This document shows, piece by piece, positions 50,829 through 60,777 of a stretch of 63,772 nt of DNA. Position 1 is the stretch's first letter, and each line of letters opens with the position of its first letter. A program made the position numbers and the translations under genes. Source of the stretch: an uncultured Nitrospirales bacterium (GTDB lineage: Bacteria > Nitrospirota > Nitrospiria > Nitrospirales > NS-4); the NCBI GenBank assembly GCA_964384595.1, contig CAYLLY010000004.1, positions 1 to 63,772 of the forward strand, read 5' to 3'. The notes under the pieces are model-generated. The model was not told the DNA's origin. It was given only the letters and a program-made list of their open reading frames with translations, and made no database searches.

Positions 50829-52976
50829 TCAGGAAGAGTATCGATAGTACTGGTGCTTCGCGTAATCGGGAGAAAATTCAGCGCTGACGTTGCTGAGCAC
50901 CACGCCGACGATATGAGCCTGCGCATTTTCCAGAAGCGATTTCGCGCGCTGCAGCGGCGTCCGCCCGACTTTTCCGACCTGGTACACCAAGATGACGCCG
51001 TCCACCTTCGGCCCGATCAGAACGGCGTCGGCAACCGGCAGAATGGGGGGACAATCGAAGATCACCAGATCGAAGTTGTCTTCCAGTTCCGCGATCAGGT
51101 CCACGATGCGCTGGGAATTGAAGAACTCGGACGGATTCGGCGGAAGATGCCCGCTGGTGACGATACTGAGATTATCCACGCCGGGGGCGCTCATGACCTG
51201 ATCAAACCCAAGCTTCCCCAGCATCAGGTCGGCGGCGGTCTGGACAACCTCTTTCCACGGCACATTGCCGACCAGGACCTCGCTCAGGCCCGGCTCCTGC
51301 TTGAGGCCGAGCCGGCTGTGCACGGCGGGCTTTCTGAGGTCAGCATCCACAACCAAGACCCGCCGCCCGTCCTGCGCGATCGTAATCGCCAGATTGAGGA
51401 CCGTCGTCGTCTTCCCCTCGCCCAAGCCCGCGCTGGCAAACGCCAGGCTCTTGATCGTCCGGTCCTGACACGCAAACTGCATATTGACCTTCAGCGACCG
51501 GTAACCCTCCGCGACCACGCCCTTGAGATCAAACAGCGGAGAAAGTCGCCCCAGCAATTTGAGGCTTTCCGGATCAATCGTCTCCGGGAAAGTCTCTTTG
51601 AGTATCTTCTCTGTCTCCCGGTGGTCCTCACGTGGAATGACGCCCAGCACGGGAACGTGCAGAAATGCTTCTACGTCCTCGATGGTGCCGATGGATGTGT
51701 CGAAGGACTCCCGGACGAAGGCCAGTACAACGCCCAGCAAGACTCCGATGAGAGAGCTGAGGACGAGATTGAGGGTGAGCTTGGGGGGATTTTTGGCCCC
51801 CCCCGGAGGCACGGCGGGCTCGATGATGGACACCTCTTCGATCCGTTCGGCCCCGCGGATCAAGAACTCCTGGTGTTTTTGCTTGAGATTGGCGTACAGG
51901 TCGCCATTGACCCTCACTTCACGCTCCAAGCTGGCCAGCTCCAACGCAGCCTTGGGCAGGTTGATGTAGCGTTCCTTGTAGCGCCCGATGGAATCCCGGA
52001 TGGCGGATTCCCGCTCGTTGAACGTGCGCAACTTGGCTTCCAATTCCTGGACCATCTCCTGCTTGACGCTCAGGATACGGGCGTCGAGCTCGCCGACCTG
52101 CGGGTGCTTCGGAGTGTAATTGATCAGGAGCGCAGCCCGTTCCGTCGTCAGGTCGACGAGCTTCTGGTTCAGTTTGGCGATAAGCGCCTGGACATCGTCG
52201 GAAAAGACCCGTACCGGTCCGGCCTCCGGAAGCGACTCGCTTGCTCGCAAGAGCTGGAGCTGGTTGGCCACTTCGCGCTTGACCTGGGCCAGTTTTTCCC
52301 GTTCGGACTCCAATCGGTTATAATTCTCAAGCGCCTGACGCGCCTCTTCGTTGAGAAAGACATTGCCTTCCCGCTCCTTGAATGCGACCAGGGCGTGCTC
52401 GGATTTCCTGTAGTTTTCCTCGATCGCCTGCAACTGTCCTTCCACAAAGAGTTTCGCCTCGTCCACCTGCCGGTTCCGGGTGGCGATATTCTCTTCCCGG
52501 TAGGCCTCCGCCACCGCATTGGCAACGGCGGCGGAACGCACGGCCTCGCCGGTCGTTGCGGTGATTCTCAGAATGTTCGTCCCCGTCTCCTGGGACACCG
52601 AGACCTGGTTCTTCAGGTCGTACACCTTGGCCAACACATCTTGCGGGGCACGGGCTTCCTTGGGATCGATGTCCTTGCTCACAAATCCGAGCTTCTGCCC
52701 GGCACGCACCAGGACCGGGACGCTCCGGACGACTTCCGTCTGGGTCGTGATGCTGTTGCCTTCCGAGAACGCCATCATCTCCGTCATCAGGCCGGACAGC
52801 GATGTGGACCGATCAAACTTGACGCGGGCCGATGCTTCGTACAGAAGTTGCGGACGGGCCGCCTGGGCCATGATCCAGGTGGCGCCAAAGACCATCACAG
52901 TCGTGGACATGATGATCCACTTGCGCTTGCGCACGATCAGCCAATAGTCCCGCAGGTTCAGTTCGTATTGGGCCAT
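50829..52976 (-). CDS. wzc: Polysaccharide co-polymerase with C-terminal BY-kinase (Wzc-like)
   Basis: Two TMs flanking a coiled coil; Walker A GEGKTT, DADLRKP, DCPP; C-terminal Tyr cluster DYAKHQYYRY. Confidence 0.9.
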   Translation of the reverse strand: MAQYELNLRDYWLIVRKRKWIIMSTTVMVFGATWIMAQAARPQLLYEASARVKFDRSTSLSGLMTEMMAFSEGNSITTQTEVVRSVPVLVRAGQKLGFVSKDIDPKEARAPQDVLAKVYDLKNQVSVSQETGTNILRITATTGEAVRSAAVANAVAEAYREENIATRNRQVDEAKLFVEGQLQAIEENYRKSEHALVAFKEREGNVFLNEEARQALENYNRLESEREKLAQVKREVANQLQLLRASESLPEAGPVRVFSDDVQALIAKLNQKLVDLTTERAALLINYTPKHPQVGELDARILSVKQEMVQELEAKLRTFNERESAIRDSIGRYKERYINLPKAALELASLEREVRVNGDLYANLKQKHQEFLIRGAERIEEVSIIEPAVPPGGAKNPPKLTLNLVLSSLIGVLLGVVLAFVRESFDTSIGTIEDVEAFLHVPVLGVIPREDHRETEKILKETFPETIDPESLKLLGRLSPLFDLKGVVAEGYRSLKVNMQFACQDRTIKSLAFASAGLGEGKTTTVLNLAITIAQDGRRVLVVDADLRKPAVHSRLGLKQEPGLSEVLVGNVPWKEVVQTAADLMLGKLGFDQVMSAPGVDNLSIVTSGHLPPNPSEFFNSQRIVDLIAELEDNFDLVIFDCPPILPVADAVLIGPKVDGVILVYQVGKVGRTPLQRAKSLLENAQAHIVGVVLSNVSAEFSPDYAKHQYYRYSS

Positions 52977-52988
52977 GGGTGCTTGCGC

Positions 52989-53843
52989 CTACCGCACGGT
53001 GATGGTGGGAGTGAGAATGGGTTGCACGTTATTGTCCGACAAAAACTTCACGAGGGCCTCTGGGCTCAAGGACTGCGCGCCCAGGAGGAGCGTGAGCGTG
53101 GGGTTGATTTTGGCAAGGAACGAATTCCAGTCGGCAATCCGTTGGCGAGGCACAAAGACGATGTCGTTATCCTTCAGCACGATATCCTGGCTGCGGTCAC
53201 CGTACTGGTACAGACGCTGGATGTCCACGGGGATCACCTCCTGCTTCTTGGCGTCTCCCCTGATCACTCGAACATCGTCCAGCACCGCGACGTCGTTGAA
53301 CCCGACTTGGGCGACGAGCTGCCCGACCGATGTTTTGCGATCCAGGTCCACAAACTTCGCGATGCCGGTCAAGAGCGTCCCGGCGCCGGCCCCGCTGCCC
53401 CCACCGATGATATACACCCGCTGCTTGCGCAACTGAAGTTTCTTCTGTTTGATCGCGACCTCAACGCGCGGATTGCGGATAATGGTCGCCACTTCCTCGG
53501 TGAGACGGGCTTCCGCTTCCGGCACGGTCAGGTTTTTCACTTCAACGTCCAGAACCCCCACATAGACCCGCCCATTGTCCCGGACCGTAACCGTTGACCG
53601 CTCTTCTCCGGCCCCCCGTCTCACCACCACCTCGATGCTGTCGCCCGGTTCGATTTTGGGAGGGCCCTGCTCGGACTCTTCAACATACAGGTCCTCGGGC
53701 TTGACGGGACGGGAATACGGAGACTGCGCGCCAGACGTAAACGGGACCGGCGAGCATCCGAAGGATGGGCTCAGCAATGCAACCAGGGCACAGACCAATC
53801 CGACCGCTCTGGCCAATGAGACAAGACTTAGATGCGCCGTCAT
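52989..53843 (-). CDS. wza: Polysaccharide export lipoprotein (Wza/OPX-like)
   Basis: Lipobox-like SFGC; I.PGD, V..NG, T..E, NP.V.V; SLBB region L.D.DIVFVP; amphipathic C-terminal helix. Confidence 0.8.
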   Translation of the reverse strand: MTAHLSLVSLARAVGLVCALVALLSPSFGCSPVPFTSGAQSPYSRPVKPEDLYVEESEQGPPKIEPGDSIEVVVRRGAGEERSTVTVRDNGRVYVGVLDVEVKNLTVPEAEARLTEEVATIIRNPRVEVAIKQKKLQLRKQRVYIIGGGSGAGAGTLLTGIAKFVDLDRKTSVGQLVAQVGFNDVAVLDDVRVIRGDAKKQEVIPVDIQRLYQYGDRSQDIVLKDNDIVFVPRQRIADWNSFLAKINPTLTLLLGAQSLSPEALVKFLSDNNVQPILTPTITVR

Positions 53844-54874
53844 TCCTGCTGGTCGTCCTGGACAACCTCGGTGATATGGACCAATGACGTCTGGCTGAGG
53901 TTTTGCAGCCGCGGTTCCCGCAGCTCGACATGGCCGGGATCCATGTAGACCTTGACGACGGGCCGGAGCGGATACTGCGGATTCAACTCCACGACCTCTC
54001 CGATCTCACCCGTGTTGAGCTGCACCCGGGTTCCCAAGGGGAACACTGAGAATTGCTGAATCAGACACTTCAGAATTCTCGTCGAAAACGACGCCTTCTC
54101 CTTGACCACCAGTTCGCGTACCGCTTCATGCGGAAGGAACCGCTTGCGGTAAGGGCGGGTATGGAGAAGCGCATCAAACGTGTCGGTCAAGCCGATGATC
54201 TGCGCGTACTCATGGACCTCCGCGCCCTTGAGCCCACGCGGGTATCCCTCCCCCCCCACTCGTTCATGTTCCTGCACCACGATGTCCGCAAGCCATGCGG
54301 TCTCCTCCCCTAGCTGGCGAATCGCCTGGGCGCCTTGTTCCGGGTGGCGCTTGATGAGCGTGCGTTCATCCGGACTCAGCGGGCCCTGCTTGTTCAGAAT
54401 GTCGTCGGGGATCAGGCACATCCCGACATCGTGCAGGATGGCCGCAAGCCCCAATCGAAGAAGATCGTCACGGGTATACTTCAAACCGATTCCTATCTTG
54501 ATCGACATGATGGACGCGTTGACCAGGTTGGCGATCACCTGGCCGCCCCGCTCGGCGGAAATCGCTTTGACGAGGAGCCGATCGCTCTGGGAGAGGGAGT
54601 CAACAAAGCCCTGCACAACCTGCGTGATCCCATCGAGAGAGAACTTCTTGGCCTGGCGAACGGCCCCCACGATGGGGGACAACTCCATCTCGGCCTTGGC
54701 ATGCCATTGGTCGGCATCGAGAATGAGCTGGGCGTCCTGCTCCGCGGCCGCCTGCGCAATACTCGCCTCGATGTTCTTGAAGGAAACGGTTTTCGGCCGC
54801 TCTTTTTTTAACTGGTCCACGCCTTCGACCCGCGGGCTTTCCTGATTCCTTACAAGTTCATTGAGCCGCGCCAT
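53840..54874 (-). CDS. HD-GYP domain protein
   Basis: LHDVG, HP..G, HER..G.GYP.GLKG, II...D.FDAL...RPY; C-terminal FPLG..V.LNTGE tail. Confidence 0.88.
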   Translation of the reverse strand: MARLNELVRNQESPRVEGVDQLKKERPKTVSFKNIEASIAQAAAEQDAQLILDADQWHAKAEMELSPIVGAVRQAKKFSLDGITQVVQGFVDSLSQSDRLLVKAISAERGGQVIANLVNASIMSIKIGIGLKYTRDDLLRLGLAAILHDVGMCLIPDDILNKQGPLSPDERTLIKRHPEQGAQAIRQLGEETAWLADIVVQEHERVGGEGYPRGLKGAEVHEYAQIIGLTDTFDALLHTRPYRKRFLPHEAVRELVVKEKASFSTRILKCLIQQFSVFPLGTRVQLNTGEIGEVVELNPQYPLRPVVKVYMDPGHVELREPRLQNLSQTSLVHITEVVQDDQQE

Positions 54875-54880
54875 AACGGA

Positions 54881-55678
54881 CTATTGGGCCTCCACAAACG
54901 CTCTCTTGACGACCTCCGGGCCAATCTGCGGGCACCGCTCCATGAACCCGATCAGGAGGGCGAGGTCGGCAATGGTATTCACTTTCCGCGGGATGCCGCC
55001 GCTCGCTTTGTACACAGCCGCCACAGCCTTCGGCGTAAACACCACCCGCGAGGCGCCGGCCGCCTGCATCCGAAAGGCAATATACTCTCCAACTTCGTCA
55101 ACATCGAACGGCATCAGATGATACCGAATCACGACCCGTTGCGCCAACTGCTTGAGAGCCTCCACCTTGCTTCGTAATTCCGGCTGCCCAAGCATAATCA
55201 ACGTCAGCAAAAACCGGTCGTTGAGCTGAAAATTCAAGAGCAGCCGCAGTTCCTCGAATATTGCCAGGTCGTTGATGGCCTGCGCTTCATCGACCACCAC
55301 GACGGTATCCTTCCCCTTGTTGAGGTTCTCCAAGAGCCGATCGTTGAGCGCATGGATCATGTCCAGCTTCGTCCCGGTCTGGTTGATTCCCAGTTGGTAG
55401 AGAATTTCTTTAAGAAAGTCAGTGACTTCAAAACTAGGATTGGCGACGAGAGCCAAATCGTATCGCTCATGGGCGAGGTGTTGGATCAGGGTACGACTCA
55501 ACAGGGTCTTTCCGCAACCGATTTCCCCTGTCAGCATGACCGCCCCTTTCCGCGCCTCCACGCCGTACAGAAGCCTGTGCAATCCCTCCTCGTGCCTGGA
55601 GGAAGGAAAATAAAAGCGGGGATCAGGAACGTTATCAAAGGGAGCCTTTTTTAGCCCCCAGAAATCTTCATAGTGCAA
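54881..55678 (-). CDS. ExeA/MshM-like AAA+ ATPase (type II secretion protein A family)
   Basis: YEDFWGL...PF...PD, GEIGCGKT, VDEAQ, L.GQPEL, GGIPRKVN. TTG 55678 preferred because ATG 55723 lies inside the predicted promoter. Confidence 0.88.
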   Translation of the reverse strand: MHYEDFWGLKKAPFDNVPDPRFYFPSSRHEEGLHRLLYGVEARKGAVMLTGEIGCGKTLLSRTLIQHLAHERYDLALVANPSFEVTDFLKEILYQLGINQTGTKLDMIHALNDRLLENLNKGKDTVVVVDEAQAINDLAIFEELRLLLNFQLNDRFLLTLIMLGQPELRSKVEALKQLAQRVVIRYHLMPFDVDEVGEYIAFRMQAAGASRVVFTPKAVAAVYKASGGIPRKVNTIADLALLIGFMERCPQIGPEVVKRAFVEAQ

Positions 55679-55713
55679 TCTGTACCCCGATCTAACATAC
55701 GACCCGGTTTTGT

Positions 55714-55742
55714 ACTGTAACATCTAATAGATACACCGTCAA
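55714..55742 (-). promoter_or_regulatory. Sigma70-type promoter at the head of the polysaccharide operon (TTGACG-N17-TACAGT)
   Basis: Hexamers read directly, with an AT-rich UP-like tract upstream. Confidence 0.6.
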
Positions 55743-55800
55743 GAAAAATATAGCAATAATAATAGGTTGCGCGATTCACCACGGACCCGATCACAAAACC

Positions 55801-58356
55801 TCACGCCGTCGCACTACAGATTCCGGGTTCACCGAAAAGCCGTCGGAAGTTCCGGACTTCAACATTTTCAGTCCCCCATCCTCCGCTCCCAAACTTGACT
55901 CGTCGCAGACGGCGCCCTGACTCGCAGCTCAACTGAAGGCCGGTTCCCGTTTCCAGCACCGTGATCGCGCCATGCAAGTCCGTTCGCAGGATCGGAATCC
56001 CGAGTCCGGCATACGTATCCAGCATTACGGGGGACGGATGCCCGTACGCATTCGCGCGGCCGACCGAAATCACCGCCACGCGCGGCTTGACGGCTCTGAG
56101 GAAAGGCTCGTAAACGGATCCCCGCGCTCCATGGTGAGGAACCTTCAGGATGGCAGCCTCAAGCTCTTTGCTCCTGCCGGCGAGCCATAATTCCCCTTCT
56201 CGCTCGATGTCGCCGGTGAAGAGAAACGCCGACTTGCTGCAGCGGAGATTGAGAACAACCGATTGATTATTCAGGTTTTTTTCGCTGATCTGTTGAGCTG
56301 CTCCATCCGGAGAGAAGACCGGATTCAACACGCGAACCAGGCACCTCCCCACCGACACTTCTTCATCCGCGCTGGAGACAGATCGGACCGGCACCCCGCG
56401 CGCGGCGATGGCTTCTTCAAGCCGCCGGAGGAACGCCGCATCACGGCTCACACCGTTCGTCCAGAACTCCCCGATCTCGAACTTGCCCACGACGAAGGCC
56501 AGCCCCCCGACGTGATCCTGCTGGGGATGGGTGGCCACAACCAGATCGAGGCGCCGGATTCCACGATCCCATAGCAGCGGGGCAACCGCCATCCGCCCGA
56601 CATCATAGGTATCGGATGCCGCCCCGCCGTCGATAAGGATCGTGCGTCCGTCGGCCGTTTCAACCAAGGCCGCATCGCCCTGTCCCACGTCCATGAACGT
56701 GAGCCGGACCTTCCCCGGTTCCGGCAGGTCGCGCGGAGCCCAGACCCAGAGGGCCAGCATTCCCAGGACCAACACCCCTGCAGCCCTTCCCACCATACGC
56801 CGCCGGCAGAGGAAGCAAGCAGACAGGCACAGGTAAAAGACCACCATCTGCCAGCCGGCGGGCGACGGCACACGGAGTTCCGCGCCCGGCACAGCCGCAA
56901 ATCCCCGTACAATCCAGACAAGCGCATCCAGCAACGGTTGCACGATCGCGCTCCCCGCCAACCCTTCCGATCCGCCGAGGAGAGTCCCCAGGCACGCCAG
57001 CAGGCTGGCGGGAAGAACAAGGAATCCGACGAACGGCACAACCAGGATGTTCGACACGCCCCCAACCCACGCCACTTGATTGAAATACGCCGCCACAAGC
57101 GGAGCGCTGGCCACAGTGACAAGGACGCTCACGAGCAGGACATCCGCCATCCCTTCCTTCATCCGCGCTCGGACCCCGCCCTCTCCGGAAAACGCGCCGG
57201 CCAGGGATTCCCCTTCGCATGGACGCCGCGCTTCCATGACGAGCACAATCACCAGCACAGAGAGAAAGGACAACTGGAACGAGACGTCGAAGGGCGCCAG
57301 CGGGTCCCATCCCACGATCAGCAGCAATGCCAACGCGAGGCCGGTCCCGACACCGTGGGTCCTGCCCAGAAGGGTCGCGGCCAGAACAATGAGGATCATA
57401 ATAAGCGATCGCACGGTGGCCACCTCCGCGCCGCCCAACAGGGCATAGAGCGCCACGGGGAGGATTGTCGCGCCGGCCGCGATGCGTGTGGCCGTCGTAT
57501 GCAGGGACACCCGCAGCAGCCACTGCGGCGGAAGGGCCAGGACCGCCCGCCGCACGCACCAGAAGACGACGAGTCCGATTAAGCCGAGATGCGAGCCCGA
57601 GATCGAGAGGATATGCGTGGTCCCGGAAGCCATAAAGGCATCCCGGATATCCTGCGACAGATATCCGGTTTCCCCCGTCACCAGGGCGAGGTACATTCCG
57701 GCAATCGGAGCCGGCAAAGTCTGGAGAGCCGCTTCGCGGGTCCGGCCCCGCCACTGATCCACACGAGACAGCAGCGGGGAAGACCCCTGTGCCAGCACCC
57801 GAAAGGCCGACCCGTCCTGACGCAGCGTCACGCTCCCGACCGCTTGGATGCCCGACCGCCGGAGATGGCCGGCATAGTCATAGCCTCCCGGATTCAGAAG
57901 CCCGCCGGGCGGCCTGAGACTCGTTTCAAACTCGATCAGATCGCCGACAACCAAAGGCGGAACCGCCCCTCGAATCGACAGCCTGACCCGGCCGTCAATG
58001 GGGCGCGTCCCGCCCTGTGCGACCAGACGCTGGACGGCCACCACCGCCACGGCTCGGTCCGGCCCGAATCGGACCGGCTCCGCAATCACTCCGATAAGGT
58101 CTGCTTTCCCAGGCCCGGCCAATCGCATCACGGAAGAGGCATCCGCCCGTGCCTGCGCCAGTGAGGCCCCGATCGTGCCCAGAAGAAAGACCCCGAACAC
58201 GACGCACCCGAATGCGGGAGAACAGCGGCCGAGGAAGGAAAGCAGGACGATCCCTCCGAGGAGGAGGATCAGGAAGCAGAGGATGGAAACCGGAAAGAAG
58301 ACAGATGTGGACCCGGCAAGGGAGCCCAGGAGCAGGCTGACAGACAGAACCGTCAA
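55801..58356 (-). CDS. comEC: DNA uptake channel ComEC/Rec2
   Basis: NPGG.DY, H..SISGSH, SFQLSF; metallo-beta-lactamase domain DVGQGD, THP..DH.GG, KVPHHG. Confidence 0.95.
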   Translation of the reverse strand: MTVLSVSLLLGSLAGSTSVFFPVSILCFLILLLGGIVLLSFLGRCSPAFGCVVFGVFLLGTIGASLAQARADASSVMRLAGPGKADLIGVIAEPVRFGPDRAVAVVAVQRLVAQGGTRPIDGRVRLSIRGAVPPLVVGDLIEFETSLRPPGGLLNPGGYDYAGHLRRSGIQAVGSVTLRQDGSAFRVLAQGSSPLLSRVDQWRGRTREAALQTLPAPIAGMYLALVTGETGYLSQDIRDAFMASGTTHILSISGSHLGLIGLVVFWCVRRAVLALPPQWLLRVSLHTTATRIAAGATILPVALYALLGGAEVATVRSLIMILIVLAATLLGRTHGVGTGLALALLLIVGWDPLAPFDVSFQLSFLSVLVIVLVMEARRPCEGESLAGAFSGEGGVRARMKEGMADVLLVSVLVTVASAPLVAAYFNQVAWVGGVSNILVVPFVGFLVLPASLLACLGTLLGGSEGLAGSAIVQPLLDALVWIVRGFAAVPGAELRVPSPAGWQMVVFYLCLSACFLCRRRMVGRAAGVLVLGMLALWVWAPRDLPEPGKVRLTFMDVGQGDAALVETADGRTILIDGGAASDTYDVGRMAVAPLLWDRGIRRLDLVVATHPQQDHVGGLAFVVGKFEIGEFWTNGVSRDAAFLRRLEEAIAARGVPVRSVSSADEEVSVGRCLVRVLNPVFSPDGAAQQISEKNLNNQSVVLNLRCSKSAFLFTGDIEREGELWLAGRSKELEAAILKVPHHGARGSVYEPFLRAVKPRVAVISVGRANAYGHPSPVMLDTYAGLGIPILRTDLHGAITVLETGTGLQLSCESGRRLRRVKFGSGGWGTENVEVRNFRRLFGEPGICSATA

Positions 58357-58400
58357 CGGCCGTACCGCCGGCTCAGGGGGTCGACGTGTCGCAGCCGGAA

Positions 58401-59756
58401 TCAGGCTTCGCCGACCTCCGTCCTGAGCACATCGGCCAGATGCCGGACGATCTCTTGAACCGTCCCGGAGTCCTGCGCCTCAACCATGATACGGACCAGG
58501 GGCTCCGTCCCCGAATACCTGACCAGAATCCGGCCGGTCCCGTTCAAGGAAGCCTCATACGAGCGCACCGCCTGCTGGAAGGGAGCGATGTCGGCGAGTT
58601 CCTTCCGTTCGCGGACCCGGACGTTCACCAGCAATTGCGGGTAGAGGGTGATCCGCTCCGTCAACTGGGACAATGTTTTCCCGGAACGACGCATCAGCGC
58701 CATCAGTTGCAGCGCGGAGATCAGCCCGTCTCCCGTAGTATTGTGGTCGAGGAAGATGATATGTCCCGATTGCTCTCCGCCGAAGTTGTAGTCCTCGGAT
58801 AACATGCGTTCCAGGATGTAGCGATCTCCCACGGCCGTCCGGACCAGCTTGATGCCCGCGCGCATCATCGACTGTTCCAGCCCCAAGTTGCTCATCACCG
58901 TGGTCACCATGGTCCGCCGCGCCAGACGGTCGCGGTCCTTGAGATCCAACGCCAGCGCCCCTAGAATCTGATCGCCGTCCACGAGACGGCCGCCCTCGGA
59001 CACAAAAACGGACCGATCCGCATCCCCATCATGCGCGACGCCGAGAGCGGCCCCCGCCGCCTTGACGCTCTCTTGAAGGAGACGGGGCTGAATCGCGCCG
59101 CATTCCCGATTGATGTTCGTACCGTCCGGCTTGTCGCCCAGGACCGTCACGTCCGCCCCGAGCTCGCGATAGACATGCGGCGCGACCTTGTAAGCCGCTC
59201 CGTGCGCGCAGTCCACGACCACCTTCAGCCCTTCCAGGTCGAAACCCTTGGGCAGCGACTGCTTCACAAACTCGATGTAGCGCCCTTCGGCATCGTCGAT
59301 GCGGAAGGCCTTCCCGATCTCGGACGCCGTCGGGCGGAGCGCATCAATGCTCCCTGAGACAACCAGGTTCTCGATCTGCTGCTCGACCTCGTCCGGGAGC
59401 TTGAGTCCCTCACGGGAGAAAAATTTAATGCCGTTGTCCTCGTACGGATTGTGCGAAGCCGAGATCATGACCCCCGCATCGGCCCTGAGGCTCCTGGCCA
59501 GAAACGCGATGGCGGGCGTCGGCATGGGGCCGACCAGCAGGACATCCACGCCCATGGAGCAGATCCCCGACGTCAGGGCCGACTCGATGAGGTACCCTGA
59601 GAGCCGGGTATCCTTTCCGATGACGATGCGATGGCGACCCGGCCTGGTTTTGAACACATGGGCGGCCGCACGCCCCAGCTTCAAGGCGGTTTCGCTGGTC
59701 ATGGGCTCGACGTTCGCCACGCCCCTGATGCCGTCAGTCCCGAACAGCCGACGCAT
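58401..59756 (-). CDS. glmM: Phosphoglucosamine mutase
   Basis: LFGTDG.RG, ISASHNP (phospho-Ser), DGDADR, GGEQSGH, RYSGTEP. Confidence 0.97.
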   Translation of the reverse strand: MRRLFGTDGIRGVANVEPMTSETALKLGRAAAHVFKTRPGRHRIVIGKDTRLSGYLIESALTSGICSMGVDVLLVGPMPTPAIAFLARSLRADAGVMISASHNPYEDNGIKFFSREGLKLPDEVEQQIENLVVSGSIDALRPTASEIGKAFRIDDAEGRYIEFVKQSLPKGFDLEGLKVVVDCAHGAAYKVAPHVYRELGADVTVLGDKPDGTNINRECGAIQPRLLQESVKAAGAALGVAHDGDADRSVFVSEGGRLVDGDQILGALALDLKDRDRLARRTMVTTVMSNLGLEQSMMRAGIKLVRTAVGDRYILERMLSEDYNFGGEQSGHIIFLDHNTTGDGLISALQLMALMRRSGKTLSQLTERITLYPQLLVNVRVRERKELADIAPFQQAVRSYEASLNGTGRILVRYSGTEPLVRIMVEAQDSGTVQEIVRHLADVLRTEVGEA

Positions 59757-59785
59757 ACGTTGCTCCTTCCTACGCCCGGACTCGC

Positions 59786-60679
59786 TCATGACGCGCTGAT
59801 CGAAGCCTGGTCCTGCGGGACAGCCTTCGCGTCCCGGATGGCCTGCGCCATACGCGCCACATCTTTCATCTGCGCGACGGCATGGACCCGCACCACATGC
59901 GCGCCCTGCAGCACCCCGGCCGCCACCGTCGCAGCCGTTCCCCATTCTCGTTCGTGGACCGGGCGTTCCAGCACGGCGCCCACGAAGGATTTCCGCGACG
60001 GCCCGATGACGATCGGACGCCCCAGCGCCTGAAAGACAGCGAGGCCGTTCAGCAGCGCCAGGCTCTGCTCGCCGGTTTTCCCGAAACCGAGGCCCGGGTC
60101 CACCGCGATCCGCTCACGCGCAATCCCGGCGGCGACCGCAGCGTCGATGCGCGCACGGAGAAAATCCCGGACCTCCTCGACCACCGCGTCATAGGCCGGA
60201 TGATCCTGCATCGTCGCCGGGGTCCCCTGCATGTGCATCAGGATCAGGCCGGCGCGGCTCCGCGCCACCACGTCCGCCATCCCGGGATCGTCGCGGAGCG
60301 CGCTGACGTCGTTAATGACGGCCGCGCCCGCGTCGAGGGCCCGTTGGGCCACTTCCGCCTTGGTCGTGTCCACGGAGATGGGAATCCGAATCCGCCCCGC
60401 CAACGCCGACACCACCGGCAGGACACGGGCCAGCTCCTCGTCCAGGGAAACCGGCCGCGCCCCTGGACGCGAGGATTCCCCGCCGATGTCCAGCAGATCG
60501 GCGCCCTCGGCTTCGATCGCCTCGGCGCGGGCGACCGCCACGTCAACGCACTGATAGTGCCCCCCATCCGAAAACGAGTCCGGGGTGACGTTCAGCACAC
60601 CCATGATGAGGACGCGCTCCTGGATCGGGAAACCGTGCCCTCTCGCCGTCCACTGCATGCGCTTCGCTTGGAAGTTCAT
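59786..60679 (-). CDS. folP: Dihydropteroate synthase
   Basis: MGVLNVTPDSFSDGG, DIGGESSRP, DPG.GFGK, SRKSF, VRVH.V. Confidence 0.97.
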   Translation of the reverse strand: MNFQAKRMQWTARGHGFPIQERVLIMGVLNVTPDSFSDGGHYQCVDVAVARAEAIEAEGADLLDIGGESSRPGARPVSLDEELARVLPVVSALAGRIRIPISVDTTKAEVAQRALDAGAAVINDVSALRDDPGMADVVARSRAGLILMHMQGTPATMQDHPAYDAVVEEVRDFLRARIDAAVAAGIARERIAVDPGLGFGKTGEQSLALLNGLAVFQALGRPIVIGPSRKSFVGAVLERPVHEREWGTAATVAAGVLQGAHVVRVHAVAQMKDVARMAQAIRDAKAVPQDQASISAS

Positions 60680-60777
60680 GGAACATGTCCCTACTGTTTA
60701 TGGGACACCGGAAACAGGCAAAGGTCACAAGGGGCAAGAATTCAGGCGAAACAGGGGCCGGGTGTTCCGGGCATGGC

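Noticed and set aside
50853-53597. 914-aa plus-strand ORF
   Set aside because: Antisense shadow of wzc/wza in high-GC DNA, with no recognisable motifs. The same applies to 3873-4934, 10134-11420, 18902-20149, 30722-32110, 32156-33385 and 59882-60931.
55651-55698. 15-codon out-of-frame uORF (MLDRGTDCTMKISGG) overlapping the ATPase start
   Set aside because: No SD and no supporting features; expected by chance.
59757-59785. Absence of cdaA/ybbR between folP and glmM
   Set aside because: Those genes are missing from this position in many lineages, so the absence is not informative without the whole genome.
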